Shown here piece by piece: positions 20,435-29,380 of a stretch of 64,000 bases of DNA. The notes under the pieces are model-generated. The model made no database searches, was not told the DNA's origin, and saw only the letters and a program-made list of their open reading frames with translations. A program made the position numbers and the translations under genes. The DNA comes from an uncultured Enterobacterales bacterium (GTDB lineage: Bacteria > Myxococcota_A > UBA796 > JAFGLY01), in contig CAZEJJ010000010.1 of assembly GCA_964512185.1 (NCBI GenBank), positions 291 through 64,290 of the forward strand, read 5' to 3'. Each line of letters begins with the position of its first letter. The first letter of the stretch is position 1.

Positions 20435-21045
20435 GCTACCAAGACGACCTGGTCCGGCTGCTGTGCGACGCGGGTGCCTTGCGGTTCGGCAGCTTCACCC
20501 TCAAGTCCGGCGCCTCGTCGCCCTTCTTCGTCAACCTGGGTGATGTGGCCTCGGGCGCCCACGTGGCGGCGCTGGGTGGCCTGATGGCCCAGGGGCTGCG
20601 CGAGGGTTTTCCTCAGGCGGAGAGCCTCTTCGGCCCGGCCTACAAGGGCATCGTGATGGCCAGCGCCATCGCCCAGGCCGCCAGCCGCGAGCTGGACTGG
20701 GATCTGCCCTTCTTCTACGACCGCAAGGAGCAGAAGACCCACGGCGAGGGTGGCAGCTACATCGGCACCCTGCCTGAGCCGGGCTCCGTCGTGGTCATCA
20801 TCGATGACGTCTACAGCTCGGGGGGCACCAAGCTCGACGCGGTGCGCGCCCTGCGCCGCGACTTCGACGTGGACCCGGTGGGCATCCTGGTGGCGGTGGA
20901 CCGCCGCCAGAGAGACGTGGAGCTGGATCCCGAGCTGCCCCCCATGGCTTCCCTGGTGGACCTGCCCTTCCTGGTGGACTGGCTGGCCCGCAACGACCCG
21001 GCGCACTTCGGCGCCGTCCTGCGCTTCTTCGAGGAGAGACCATGA
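20431..21045 (+). CDS. pyrE: Orotate phosphoribosyltransferase
   Basis: FGSFTLKSGASSPFFVN, PRTase loop VVVIIDDVYSSGGT; ATGA overlap. Confidence 0.9.
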   Translation: MSYQDDLVRLLCDAGALRFGSFTLKSGASSPFFVNLGDVASGAHVAALGGLMAQGLREGFPQAESLFGPAYKGIVMASAIAQAASRELDWDLPFFYDRKEQKTHGEGGSYIGTLPEPGSVVVIIDDVYSSGGTKLDAVRALRRDFDVDPVGILVAVDRRQRDVELDPELPPMASLVDLPFLVDWLARNDPAHFGAVLRFFEERP

Positions 21046-21740
21046 GCTCCAAGACCTGGCGGCTGATCCCGGCCATGGACGTCACCAGCTTGAGCGAGGC
21101 CCGGCGCATCGCCGCCGCGGTGGGCGAACACCCCTTCGTGCACGGCTTCAAGCTGGGCTTCTCCCTTGGCCTCGGCTTCGGCCTGCCCGCGGCGGTGGCG
21201 GCCATCCGCGAGCACAGCAGCAAGCCCATCATCTACGACCATCAAAAAGCCGCCACCGACATCCCGGCCACCGGCGCGCTCTTCGCCCGGGTCATGGCCC
21301 AGGCGGGCATCGACGAGGTCATCCTCTTCCCCCAGGCGGGGCCCGAGACCCTGCGGGCCTGGGTCGCCGCCCTCCACGACCAGGGCCGCAAGGTCATCGT
21401 GGGCGGCGCCATGACCCACCCGGCCTATCTCGCGGCCGAAGGCGGCTTCCTGCAGGATGACGCCCCCGCGCGCATGTACGGCGTCGCGGCCCAGGCTGGC
21501 GTGCGGGCCTTCGTGGTGCCGCTCACCAAGCCCGAGGTGGCGCTGGCCTCCATGCGCGCCGCGGGCATCGGCGCCGAGTCCGAGTTCTACTCGCCGGGCT
21601 ACGGCAAGCAGGGCGGCGACCCCTCCCGCTTCGACTTCATCCAGCGGCACCACATCATCGTGGGCCGCTCGCTGCTGGGAGCCGCCGACCCGGCTGCCTG
21701 GGTCGATGGCCTGCAGCGCGAGCTCGAGGGTGGCTCATGA
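21042..21740 (+). CDS. pyrF: Orotidine 5-prime-phosphate decarboxylase
   Basis: LIPAMDV..., IIYDHQKAATDIPAT (DxKxxDI motif); ATGA overlaps both ends. Confidence 0.8.
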   Translation: MSSKTWRLIPAMDVTSLSEARRIAAAVGEHPFVHGFKLGFSLGLGFGLPAAVAAIREHSSKPIIYDHQKAATDIPATGALFARVMAQAGIDEVILFPQAGPETLRAWVAALHDQGRKVIVGGAMTHPAYLAAEGGFLQDDAPARMYGVAAQAGVRAFVVPLTKPEVALASMRAAGIGAESEFYSPGYGKQGGDPSRFDFIQRHHIIVGRSLLGAADPAAWVDGLQRELEGGS

Positions 21741-22657
21741 AGCGCGACCTCATCTCCATCAACGATCTGTCCAGGGAGGCCATCGAGGCCTACCTGGCCG
21801 GCGCGGCCGCCATCGAGCGCGTGCCGCGCCGTCACAAGCTGGAGCTGCTGCGTGGCTTCATCCTGTTGGAGATGTTCTTCGAGCCCTCCACGCGCACCAA
21901 GCTGTCCTTCGAGGCGGCCATGCGGCGCCTGGGTGGCGATGTCATCGGCTTCTCAGACGTGAGCACCACCTCCGTCAAGAAGGGCGAGTCCTTCCTCGAC
22001 ACGGTGCGCACCGTCGAGAACTACGCCGACATCATGGTCATCAGGCACCACCAGGAGGGCGCTGCCCGGCTGGCCGCGGTCACCAGCCGCCTGCCGGTGC
22101 TCAACGCCGGCGATGGCACCAACCAGCACCCCACGCAGACCCTGCTGGACCTGTACACCATCAAGAAGTTCTTCGGCCGCATCACGGGCCTCAAGATCTG
22201 CCTGGCGGGCGATCTCAAGTACTCGCGCACCGTCTACTCGCTGCTGCGCACCCTGCGCCTGTTCGAGGACAACGAGTTCCTGCTGGCCTCCCCCGACGCG
22301 CTGCGGGTGCCCGAGTACCTCAAGTACGACGACGCGGGCCGGCGACAGTCCTTCGTGGAGACCGACGATCTGCACGCCGCGGTGTGCAACTGCGACGTGC
22401 TCTACATGACGCGCATCCAGCGCGAGCGCTTTCCGGACATCGTGGAGTACGAGAAGGTCAAGAACATCTTCAGGCTCGACGCAGCCATGCTCGAGGGGGC
22501 CAGACCGCACCTCAAGGTGCTGCATCCGCTGCCCCGGGTCGACGAGATCACCGCCGATGTCGATGCCACCGGGCACGCCGGCTACTTCGAGCAGGTGGGC
22601 AACGGCGTGATCATGCGCGAAGCCGTGCTGCTGCATCACCTGGGGGTGTCGCTGTGA
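21737..22657 (+). CDS. pyrB: Aspartate carbamoyltransferase catalytic subunit
   Basis: FFEPSTRTKLSFE, HPTQTLLD, HPLPRV. Confidence 0.93.
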   Translation: MKRDLISINDLSREAIEAYLAGAAAIERVPRRHKLELLRGFILLEMFFEPSTRTKLSFEAAMRRLGGDVIGFSDVSTTSVKKGESFLDTVRTVENYADIMVIRHHQEGAARLAAVTSRLPVLNAGDGTNQHPTQTLLDLYTIKKFFGRITGLKICLAGDLKYSRTVYSLLRTLRLFEDNEFLLASPDALRVPEYLKYDDAGRRQSFVETDDLHAAVCNCDVLYMTRIQRERFPDIVEYEKVKNIFRLDAAMLEGARPHLKVLHPLPRVDEITADVDATGHAGYFEQVGNGVIMREAVLLHHLGVSL

Positions 22658-23139
22658 GCGCAACCGAAAAGCACCTCCTCATCCCCAAGATCGAGAGCGG
22701 CGTGGTCATCGACCACATCCCGGCCGGGCTCGGGCTGCGCATCGTCGAGATCATGCGGCAGTGGGCGGGCCTCGAAGACGCCATGCTCACCCTGGGCCTC
22801 AACCTGGCCAGCACCCGGGCCGGCACCAAGGACATGGTGAAGCTGCACGACCACCAGCTGCCCGCCGCGGTGGTGGCGCAGATCGCGCTGGTCTCGCCCG
22901 GCCTGACCATCAAGCGAGTGCAGGACTTCCGCGTGGTCGAAAAGCTCGTGCTGCAGCCTCCGCGCGAGATCCGGGATCTGGCCATCTGCCGCAACCCCAA
23001 CTGCGTCACCAACCGCGAGGCGGGTGTGCGCACCCACTTCAAGGCGGTGGATCCCAAGGCCAGCAAGTTCCGCTGTTCCTTCTGCGAGCGGGTCTTCCGC
23101 CTGCGGCACATGCAGTTCACCACGCCCATCTCCGCCTGA
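22654..23139 (+). CDS. pyrI: Aspartate carbamoyltransferase regulatory subunit
   Basis: GTG start overlapping pyrB stop; LLIPKIESGVVIDHIP; C-terminal Zn site CRNPNC...CSFC. Confidence 0.88.
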   Translation: MSATEKHLLIPKIESGVVIDHIPAGLGLRIVEIMRQWAGLEDAMLTLGLNLASTRAGTKDMVKLHDHQLPAAVVAQIALVSPGLTIKRVQDFRVVEKLVLQPPREIRDLAICRNPNCVTNREAGVRTHFKAVDPKASKFRCSFCERVFRLRHMQFTTPISA

Positions 23140-23162
23140 TCTCCGCCACCATCGAGCTCGCC

Positions 23163-24083
23163 TTGCCGTCCATCGCCACCTCCATCGCCGGTGTCCCCCT
23201 GGCCTCTCCGCTGGTGCTGGCCTCCGGGGTCCTGGGCATCTCAGCCTCCTCCCTGGCCTTCGTGGCCGATCATGGCGCGGGAGCGGTCACCACCAAGTCC
23301 TGCTCCCTGCAGCCCCGCAAGGGGCACCCCACCCCGGTGGTGGCGGCCTTCGAGCACGGGTTGATCAACGCGGTGGGGCTCTCCAATCCCGGCGCCGCCG
23401 GCATGGCCGCCGAGGTCCAGGACTACCTGCGGCGGGGCGGCGCGCCGGTCATCGCCTCGGTCTTCGGTGCCGACGCGCGGGAGTTCGCCCAGGTCAGCGC
23501 CATACTAGCCGCCGCGCGGCCGCAGCTGCTGGAGGTGAACGTCTCCTGCCCCAACGTGGCCTCCGAGTTCGGCACCCCTTTTTCATCCGATCCGGTGGCC
23601 ACCGCCGAGATCACGCGGGCGGTGGTGGAGCAGGCCCAGGGCATCCCCGTGGCGGTGAAGCTCTCCATCCACTGTCCCTCCCTGGGCGCGATGGCCGCGG
23701 CCTGCGCCGACGCGGGTGCCTCCGCCCTCACCGCCATCAACACGGTGGGACCGGCCATGATCATCGAGACCGGCTCCCGCCACGCGGTGCTGTCCAACAA
23801 GGTGGGTGGGCTCTCGGGGCCCGCCATCCTGCCCCTGGCGGTCAAGGCGGTCTGGGAGCTCTCCCACGCCTGCTCGCTGCCCATCATCGGCACCGGAGGT
23901 GTGGAGACCACCGACGGCGCGCTGCAGCTGCTGCTGGCCGGTGCCTCGGCGGTGGGTGTGGGCACAGGCATCTGGCGCAGGGGCGTCACCGTGCTGCAGG
24001 AGATCAACCAGGGACTGCGGGGCTGGCTCCACCAGCAAGGCTGCGCTGAGCTCTCCGAGATCATCGGAGCTGCCCATGCCTGA
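23163..24083 (+). CDS. pyrD: Dihydroorotate dehydrogenase, class 1B-type catalytic subunit
   Basis: AVGLSNPG, EVNVSCPN, GGLSGPAI, IIGTGGV; start uncertain (TTG 23163 is the nearest candidate; no ATG/GTG close by). Confidence 0.85.
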   Translation: MPSIATSIAGVPLASPLVLASGVLGISASSLAFVADHGAGAVTTKSCSLQPRKGHPTPVVAAFEHGLINAVGLSNPGAAGMAAEVQDYLRRGGAPVIASVFGADAREFAQVSAILAAARPQLLEVNVSCPNVASEFGTPFSSDPVATAEITRAVVEQAQGIPVAVKLSIHCPSLGAMAAACADAGASALTAINTVGPAMIIETGSRHAVLSNKVGGLSGPAILPLAVKAVWELSHACSLPIIGTGGVETTDGALQLLLAGASAVGVGTGIWRRGVTVLQEINQGLRGWLHQQGCAELSEIIGAAHA

Positions 24084-24858
24084 GTCCCCCGGCGCCATGC
24101 GCAGCTACCCCCTGCTGCGGGTCCTGGAGCACGCCCCGGACACCCGCAGCTTCGTTTTCTCGCAGCCCTTCCATGCCCTGCCAGGCCAGTTCGTGTTCGC
24201 CTGGATCCCCGGCGACCAGGAGAAGCCCTTCTCCATCTCGGAGCTCTGCGATGGTGAGCTGGAGATCACGGTCAAGGCCGTGGGCGGCTTCACCCGCGCC
24301 ATGATGGCCCTGCGCCCTGGCGACCGGGTGGGCCTGCGCGGTCCCTTCGGCAGCAGCTTCGATGCCTCGGGCCCCGTGGTGCTGCTCGGGGGCGGCATCG
24401 GCATCGCGCCTATCCGCTTCCTGGCCAGGCAGCTGCGGCGGCAGGGCCGACAGGATCCAGTGCTGCTGGGGGCGCGCGGCGCCGACGAGCACATCTTCGT
24501 CCATGACTTCCGACGACTCGGGGCGCGCTTTGCCACCGACGACGGCAGCCTCGGGCTGCATGGAACCGTGAGCGACCTGCTGCAGCGGCTGCCTGATCTC
24601 CAGGCTGGCACCACGCTCTGCGGCTGCGGTCCCGAGCCCATGCTGCTGGCCCTGCGGGCGGCGGCCCTGGAGCGCGGCCTGGCGGTGCAGCTGTCCTTCG
24701 AGCGCCTGATGAAGTGCGGGCTTGGCATCTGCGGCCAGTGCTGCGCAGACGGCTCGGGCATCCGCCTGTGCGTGGAAGGCCCGGTGCTGAGCGAGGCCCA
24801 CCTGGCACGACTCACCCACCTGGGCCAGCCCCACCGCGACGCGACGGGGCTCAGGTAG
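24076..24858 (+). CDS. pyrK: Dihydroorotate dehydrogenase electron-transfer subunit
   Basis: FNR-like fold (LLGGGIGIAP); C-terminal Cys cluster CGLGICGQCC...C; overlaps pyrD stop by 8 nt. Confidence 0.85.
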   Translation: MPESPGAMRSYPLLRVLEHAPDTRSFVFSQPFHALPGQFVFAWIPGDQEKPFSISELCDGELEITVKAVGGFTRAMMALRPGDRVGLRGPFGSSFDASGPVVLLGGGIGIAPIRFLARQLRRQGRQDPVLLGARGADEHIFVHDFRRLGARFATDDGSLGLHGTVSDLLQRLPDLQAGTTLCGCGPEPMLLALRAAALERGLAVQLSFERLMKCGLGICGQCCADGSGIRLCVEGPVLSEAHLARLTHLGQPHRDATGLR

Positions 24859-27391
24859 CGCCGTCGCTGCCCGCTCCGCTGTGCAGGTGGGCGGCGGCGA
24901 TGTCGGCCACCTGCCGCGGCATGGGCACGATGCGCTCGAGCTCGTCGCGGAACACCACCTCGGTGACGGCATCCGCCACCACCTCGCCGCTGCCGTCGAT
25001 GACCAGGCGCTGACCGAAGATCAGCTTGCGGGTCTCGAGCCCCAGCACGCCGGTCCAGACCTCGAGCCGATCGCCCAGGCGGGTGGACTGCAGGTAGCGC
25101 AGATCGATGCCGGAGACGCTCACCCGGTTGCGCGACATCCATGACTGCAGGCCCTGGCTGGGCCAGATGGTGCGCACCAGGTCGAACAGGGCCCGCTCGG
25201 CGAAGCGCAGGTAGGAGACGTGGAAGGTGATGCCCTGCAGGTCGGTGTCTTCGAAGTAGACCCGCGCCTTGCTGCGGAATGGGAAGTGCTCGCGATCCGA
25301 GAACGGCAGGGTGCGGATGGGCTCCGCCAGCAGGTCGCTGTCGAGGGACTCCGGCTGGGACAGCTCGTCGGGGGCTGGCAGCATAGCGCCCTGGCGATCC
25401 AGGAACAGCACCTCCACCGAGCCCTCCATCAGCAGGGCGCCGGTCTGTCGGTCCACCAGGCGCTGATCGAAGGCGCCCCGGTGGGTGGAGACCCGGCGCA
25501 GGCCGGTGCGCACCTCGAGCTTGCTGCCCAGGCCCACCACCAGCGCGCAGCGGGCCTGGATGCGGTAGACGCTCACCAGGTGGCTGTCGTGCCACGAGGG
25601 CCTGCCCTGTTCCTGGCAGAGGGCTTCGATGGCCTCCATGCGGCCGCGATCCAGGTAGCGCAGGTAGGCCTCGACATCGGCGTAGCCCCTGGAATTGAGG
25701 TCTTCGCCGTAGACGCCCACGGGGTGGCGGTGGCGGTAGTGGCGCTCCTGCTCGCGGCCGCGGGCGGGCCAGGTGAGGGCCCCGGCGACCGGGCTGCCCG
25801 GCGAGCCCATGGAGGCCGCTTCAGAGTCGGCGGCGAGCCCGAGGGCCGGCGCGACGGGGTTGTGCTCGGCATAGGCCATGGCCGCGACGGCCGCCTGCAA
25901 GCCGCCCAGGAGCGCGCCTTCGCAGCCGCCGCCCGCCCGCGCCCAGGCGCCCGCCAGGAAGAGCCCCGCCAGGGGTGCGCGCGTGCCCAGCCGACGTCGG
26001 CCCGACTGGGCCACGGTCTGCGCGAAGCCGAAGACGGCGCCCTGGTGTGTGCCGAGGATGCGGTGCAGGGTGTACGGGGTGGCCAGCTCGCTGAGCACGA
26101 TGTGATCGCTCAGGCCCGGGAAGCGCCGCTCTGCCTTGCCCAGCAGGGCCGCGCGCGCCTGGGCCTTGCGGGCGGCGTTCTCGGAGGCATCCAGGCCCAG
26201 CCAGCTGCGGCCCACGGCGGGCTCGGAGAGCGAGACGATGCCGCCCCCGGTGGGGTAGCACTCGTCGTGGCTGCCCTCGAAGCTGGTGAGGCGCCAGTCG
26301 GTGTGGTGCAGCTCGCGCTCCATCACGCGCCGGTAGGACTCGTCGTGGTCGGGCTGGTGTGCGAAATATGAGGTGCCAGCGGGGATTCCCAGCCGGCTGG
26401 GGGGGCAGTCCAGGCCCAGGTGCAGCGTGGTCATGGAGATGGACGGCTCGAGCCGCTCCAGGCGGAAGCGGAACAGGCGGGAGATCTCGTCGCCGGGGAC
26501 GAGCCGGAAGAAGACCTGGTAGGGATCCACCGCGGCGATCACCAGCGGGCACTCCACCCGCTGTCCGCTCTCGAACTGCAAGCCCGAGACCCGCCCGTCG
26601 CGCAGCAGGATGCGCCGCACGGGACGGTTCATGAGGCAGTCACCACCGAGGTTTCGCAGCCGCTCTACGAGGGCATGGACCAGCGCTGCACCGCCGCCCA
26701 CCACCGTGCGGATGCCCTCGATCCAGCCGCTGGAGAATACGCAGGCGTTGAAGGGCGCGGCCGCCTGGCTGGGGGGCAGCCCGATGCTGGGCCAGGTCTG
26801 CCCGAGCAGGGCCCTCAGGCGCGGATCCACCACGAAGTCAGCCAGCAGGTCCTCGAAGCTGCGATCGCGCCAGGAGCTGAGCACCTGGCGACCCGCCTCG
26901 GCTTCCCGCTGGGTACCCAGGGTGGACGCCAGCACCGCAGCCTTGATCCTGGGCACGGAATCGAAGAGGGCTTCCAGCCCCTGGCGTTCCCGGGGGAAGC
27001 GAGAGCAGAGCGCCTGGAGCAGGGCCGGCCCGTCGTTGGGCAGCTGGACCCGGAAGTCCTGCAGCTCGGCGGTGAGGAAGATCTCGGGCTTGCGAAGGCG
27101 CACATCTTCGAGCACGCCCAGGCCGTGCAGGATGCCGTGGCTGGCCCCACCCGGCTGCAGGCCACCCAGGTACTCCGGCGAGAGGTTGAAGTGGTAGCCC
27201 TCGGTGCGGATGGCGCGCAGACAGCCGCCTGGCAAGGGGCCACCCTCGAGCACACAGACCTTGAGCCCCTGCCGCGCCAGCTCCACAGCACAGGTGAGCC
27301 CACCCAGGCCTGCGCCGATGACGATGGCGTCGCAATCCTCGAGGGATCGAGGCGCGGCGCACCGCTCCTCCAGGCCTTCCCGTACCTCCAT
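24851..27391 (-). CDS. CrtI/phytoene-desaturase-like FAD oxidoreductase fused to two C-terminal 4HBT/hotdog thioesterase domains
   Basis: 846 aa; N-terminal dinucleotide fold DAIVIGAGLGGLTCAVELARQGLKVCVLE; C-terminal halves each resemble YbgC/FadM-type thioesterases (…YFEDTDLQGITFHVSYLRF…). Confidence 0.75.
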   Translation of the reverse strand: MEVREGLEERCAAPRSLEDCDAIVIGAGLGGLTCAVELARQGLKVCVLEGGPLPGGCLRAIRTEGYHFNLSPEYLGGLQPGGASHGILHGLGVLEDVRLRKPEIFLTAELQDFRVQLPNDGPALLQALCSRFPRERQGLEALFDSVPRIKAAVLASTLGTQREAEAGRQVLSSWRDRSFEDLLADFVVDPRLRALLGQTWPSIGLPPSQAAAPFNACVFSSGWIEGIRTVVGGGAALVHALVERLRNLGGDCLMNRPVRRILLRDGRVSGLQFESGQRVECPLVIAAVDPYQVFFRLVPGDEISRLFRFRLERLEPSISMTTLHLGLDCPPSRLGIPAGTSYFAHQPDHDESYRRVMERELHHTDWRLTSFEGSHDECYPTGGGIVSLSEPAVGRSWLGLDASENAARKAQARAALLGKAERRFPGLSDHIVLSELATPYTLHRILGTHQGAVFGFAQTVAQSGRRRLGTRAPLAGLFLAGAWARAGGGCEGALLGGLQAAVAAMAYAEHNPVAPALGLAADSEAASMGSPGSPVAGALTWPARGREQERHYRHRHPVGVYGEDLNSRGYADVEAYLRYLDRGRMEAIEALCQEQGRPSWHDSHLVSVYRIQARCALVVGLGSKLEVRTGLRRVSTHRGAFDQRLVDRQTGALLMEGSVEVLFLDRQGAMLPAPDELSQPESLDSDLLAEPIRTLPFSDREHFPFRSKARVYFEDTDLQGITFHVSYLRFAERALFDLVRTIWPSQGLQSWMSRNRVSVSGIDLRYLQSTRLGDRLEVWTGVLGLETRKLIFGQRLVIDGSGEVVADAVTEVVFRDELERIVPMPRQVADIAAAHLHSGAGSDGAT

Positions 27392-27496
27392 GACGCTGCA
27401 CTCCCTTGGTAGGGAGCGCCTATCCCGCGACCGGACAATTCGCTCACTCGCGACGATGCCAATATGGGCGGGTTCTAGGGCCGCGACGGCGAGCAG

Positions 27497-28375
27497 CTAC
27501 AACCCCAGGATCGCCACCAGCAGCACCCCGGTGAGGTTGAGCGCCAGGTGTGCCACCAGGGCAGCCTCCAGGCAGCTACGGCGAGCCAGCTCCGAGAAGG
27601 CGAGTCCCAGCAGGAAGATCTGGGTCAGCTTGATGAGCGGCGCGCCCGTAGCGGTGAGGTGCAGCAGGGACCAGAGCAGGGCGACCAGCACCGTGGCGGC
27701 GATGACCACCCAGCGGCGCTCCCCCCCGGCTCGCAGCAAGAAGCCCAGCAGGGCACCCCGGAAGACGATCTCCTCCGAGATGGCGGCGGAGGTGACGAAG
27801 GGCAGAGCCACCGCCATGCGCGTGGCCACGCCTGCGGAGGACAGCTGCGGGAAGAAGCGGTCCAGGTACTCCAGGGATCGCCCCGCATCGACGCCCCAGC
27901 GCTGGAAGAGCAGGGTCGAGATCACGCTGGCCACCACCCCCAGCAGCATGGCGAGAACCAGCGCGCGCACCGGAACGCTGCGGCGCAGCAGCACCGGGCA
28001 GGCATCGTCGCGCAGGCGGCTCCACTCGGCCAGGGCCACGCCGCTCACCAGCACCAGCCAGCCCGCCTGCAGCAGGCTGGTGCCGAGCCCCAGCAGCATT
28101 CCGAGGCCGATGCCGAACTTGACGGCCACTCCTCCCTCATCTCCCGGCAGGCCCAGCTCGGAGGCCAGAGTGCTGGAGTCGAGGAAGAAGAGGGTGGCGG
28201 CGTACTGGGGCAGGGACAGGCACAGGATCGCCAGCCCCACCAGGGCAGCGGTTCGCCAGTAGAGACGGATGGCGGCCCGGTTCAGCGCCACCAGCGCCAG
28301 CAAGGCCGCGAAGACAGCCAGGTTGATGCCGCCTTCCACCGCCACGAGGGCCAGGTGCAGCAGATCGCCGTCCAC
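27497..28375 (-). CDS. CPBP (CAAX) family intramembrane glutamic endopeptidase
   Basis: Polytopic membrane protein; SEEIVFRGALLGFL and LLWSLLHL motifs. Confidence 0.75.
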   Translation of the reverse strand: MDGDLLHLALVAVEGGINLAVFAALLALVALNRAAIRLYWRTAALVGLAILCLSLPQYAATLFFLDSSTLASELGLPGDEGGVAVKFGIGLGMLLGLGTSLLQAGWLVLVSGVALAEWSRLRDDACPVLLRRSVPVRALVLAMLLGVVASVISTLLFQRWGVDAGRSLEYLDRFFPQLSSAGVATRMAVALPFVTSAAISEEIVFRGALLGFLLRAGGERRWVVIAATVLVALLWSLLHLTATGAPLIKLTQIFLLGLAFSELARRSCLEAALVAHLALNLTGVLLVAILGL

Positions 28376-28396
28376 GGATCGCCTCGGGTGCCGGGA

Positions 28397-28936
28397 TCAG
28401 CCGCGCATGCGCCGCTCGAGGTCCGCCAGCCTGGCGCGCAGATCGTCCAGCTCCTGGTTGGGGCTGGGCAGCTCGGGGCCCACGTCGGGTGGGGGCTCAG
28501 GGGGCGGGAGGGGCTCCACCGGGGGCTCGCTGGTTGGGGGCGCTGTGGGGCGCTGGGGCTGGGCGCTGGGCGGCTGGGCTCCCATGCCGAAGGGGCCCCC
28601 TCCGAAGTTGATCACCCGCTCGGCCTGGTCGAGCTGGCTGGAGATCATCTGCAGGCCCGCCACCAGCTGCTGGTAGATCACGCGGTTCCAGGGATTGCTG
28701 CCCGTGGAGCGGATGATGCGGTGCAGCATGTCTGGGGTGAAGAGGTCGCTGCCCTGCAGCACCTCCATGACCACCTGCAGCAGGACCTCGCGGGTGAGAT
28801 CCTCGCCCGTACGCGCGTCCAGCACCTGCACGGTCTGTCCGCTCTGCACCAGCTCCGCCAGCTGGTCCAGGTTGATGTAGCTGGAGCGACTCGTGTCGTA
28901 CAGCCTGCGGTTTCCGTACTTCTTGATGGTGATCAT
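28397..28936 (-). CDS. phaR: PHA synthesis repressor PhaR
   Basis: MITIKKYGNRRLYDTSRSSYINLDQLAELV N-terminal DNA-binding signature; Pro-rich tail. Confidence 0.85.
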   Translation of the reverse strand: MITIKKYGNRRLYDTSRSSYINLDQLAELVQSGQTVQVLDARTGEDLTREVLLQVVMEVLQGSDLFTPDMLHRIIRSTGSNPWNRVIYQQLVAGLQMISSQLDQAERVINFGGGPFGMGAQPPSAQPQRPTAPPTSEPPVEPLPPPEPPPDVGPELPSPNQELDDLRARLADLERRMRG

Positions 28937-29048
28937 CGCTGGCCTCCCAGGGGTCCATGGTAGCCGAGCGCCGCCGTTGATGCCAGCGCCAGGCCCGCGG
29001 AGGGCGGCGCTTCATGCCACCAGATTCTGGGCCGAGATCTGGGAATTG

Positions 29049-29084
29049 TTGCGGCACAGCAATATCGTTCTTGCCGCGCTGCAA
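29049..29084. promoter_or_regulatory. Two TTGC-N6-GCAA dyads, 22 bp apart, in the phaR/phasin-like divergent intergenic region (candidate PhaR operator)
   Basis: TTGCGGCACAGCAA (29049-29062) and TTGCCGCGCTGCAA (29071-29084); locally AT-richer; near-identical sites at 39310-39376. Confidence 0.45.
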
Positions 29085-29143
29085 CATCGTGGGTAGATAG
29101 GATTCACGCCGGGAATCAACCCAGGCCAGAGCAGGAGTCAGAG

Positions 29144-29371
29144 ATGTTCGAGACAACCCGCAAGAATGCCCGCGAAGTCGCGGATGAGATGATCCAGCTG
29201 CAGCGGCAGTTCATGGAGCGCCAGCTTGAGCACAGCCGCAAGCTGGACAAGCTCGGCCGCGAGGCCTTCGAGGCCAGCTACCGCGACTGTGAGCAGGCCA
29301 TGAAGACCGGCTTCGACGCGCAGCGCCGCCTGATGGAGCAGTTCCTGCCCGGGGACGCCGCCAAGGCCTAG
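29144..29371 (+). CDS. Small helical protein, possible mini-phasin
   Basis: 75-aa ORF divergent from phaR, 9 nt upstream of the PhaB-like gene; charged amphipathic sequence; no recognisable domain. Confidence 0.45.
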   Translation: MFETTRKNAREVADEMIQLQRQFMERQLEHSRKLDKLGREAFEASYRDCEQAMKTGFDAQRRLMEQFLPGDAAKA

Positions 29372-29380
29372 GAGCCGAAG

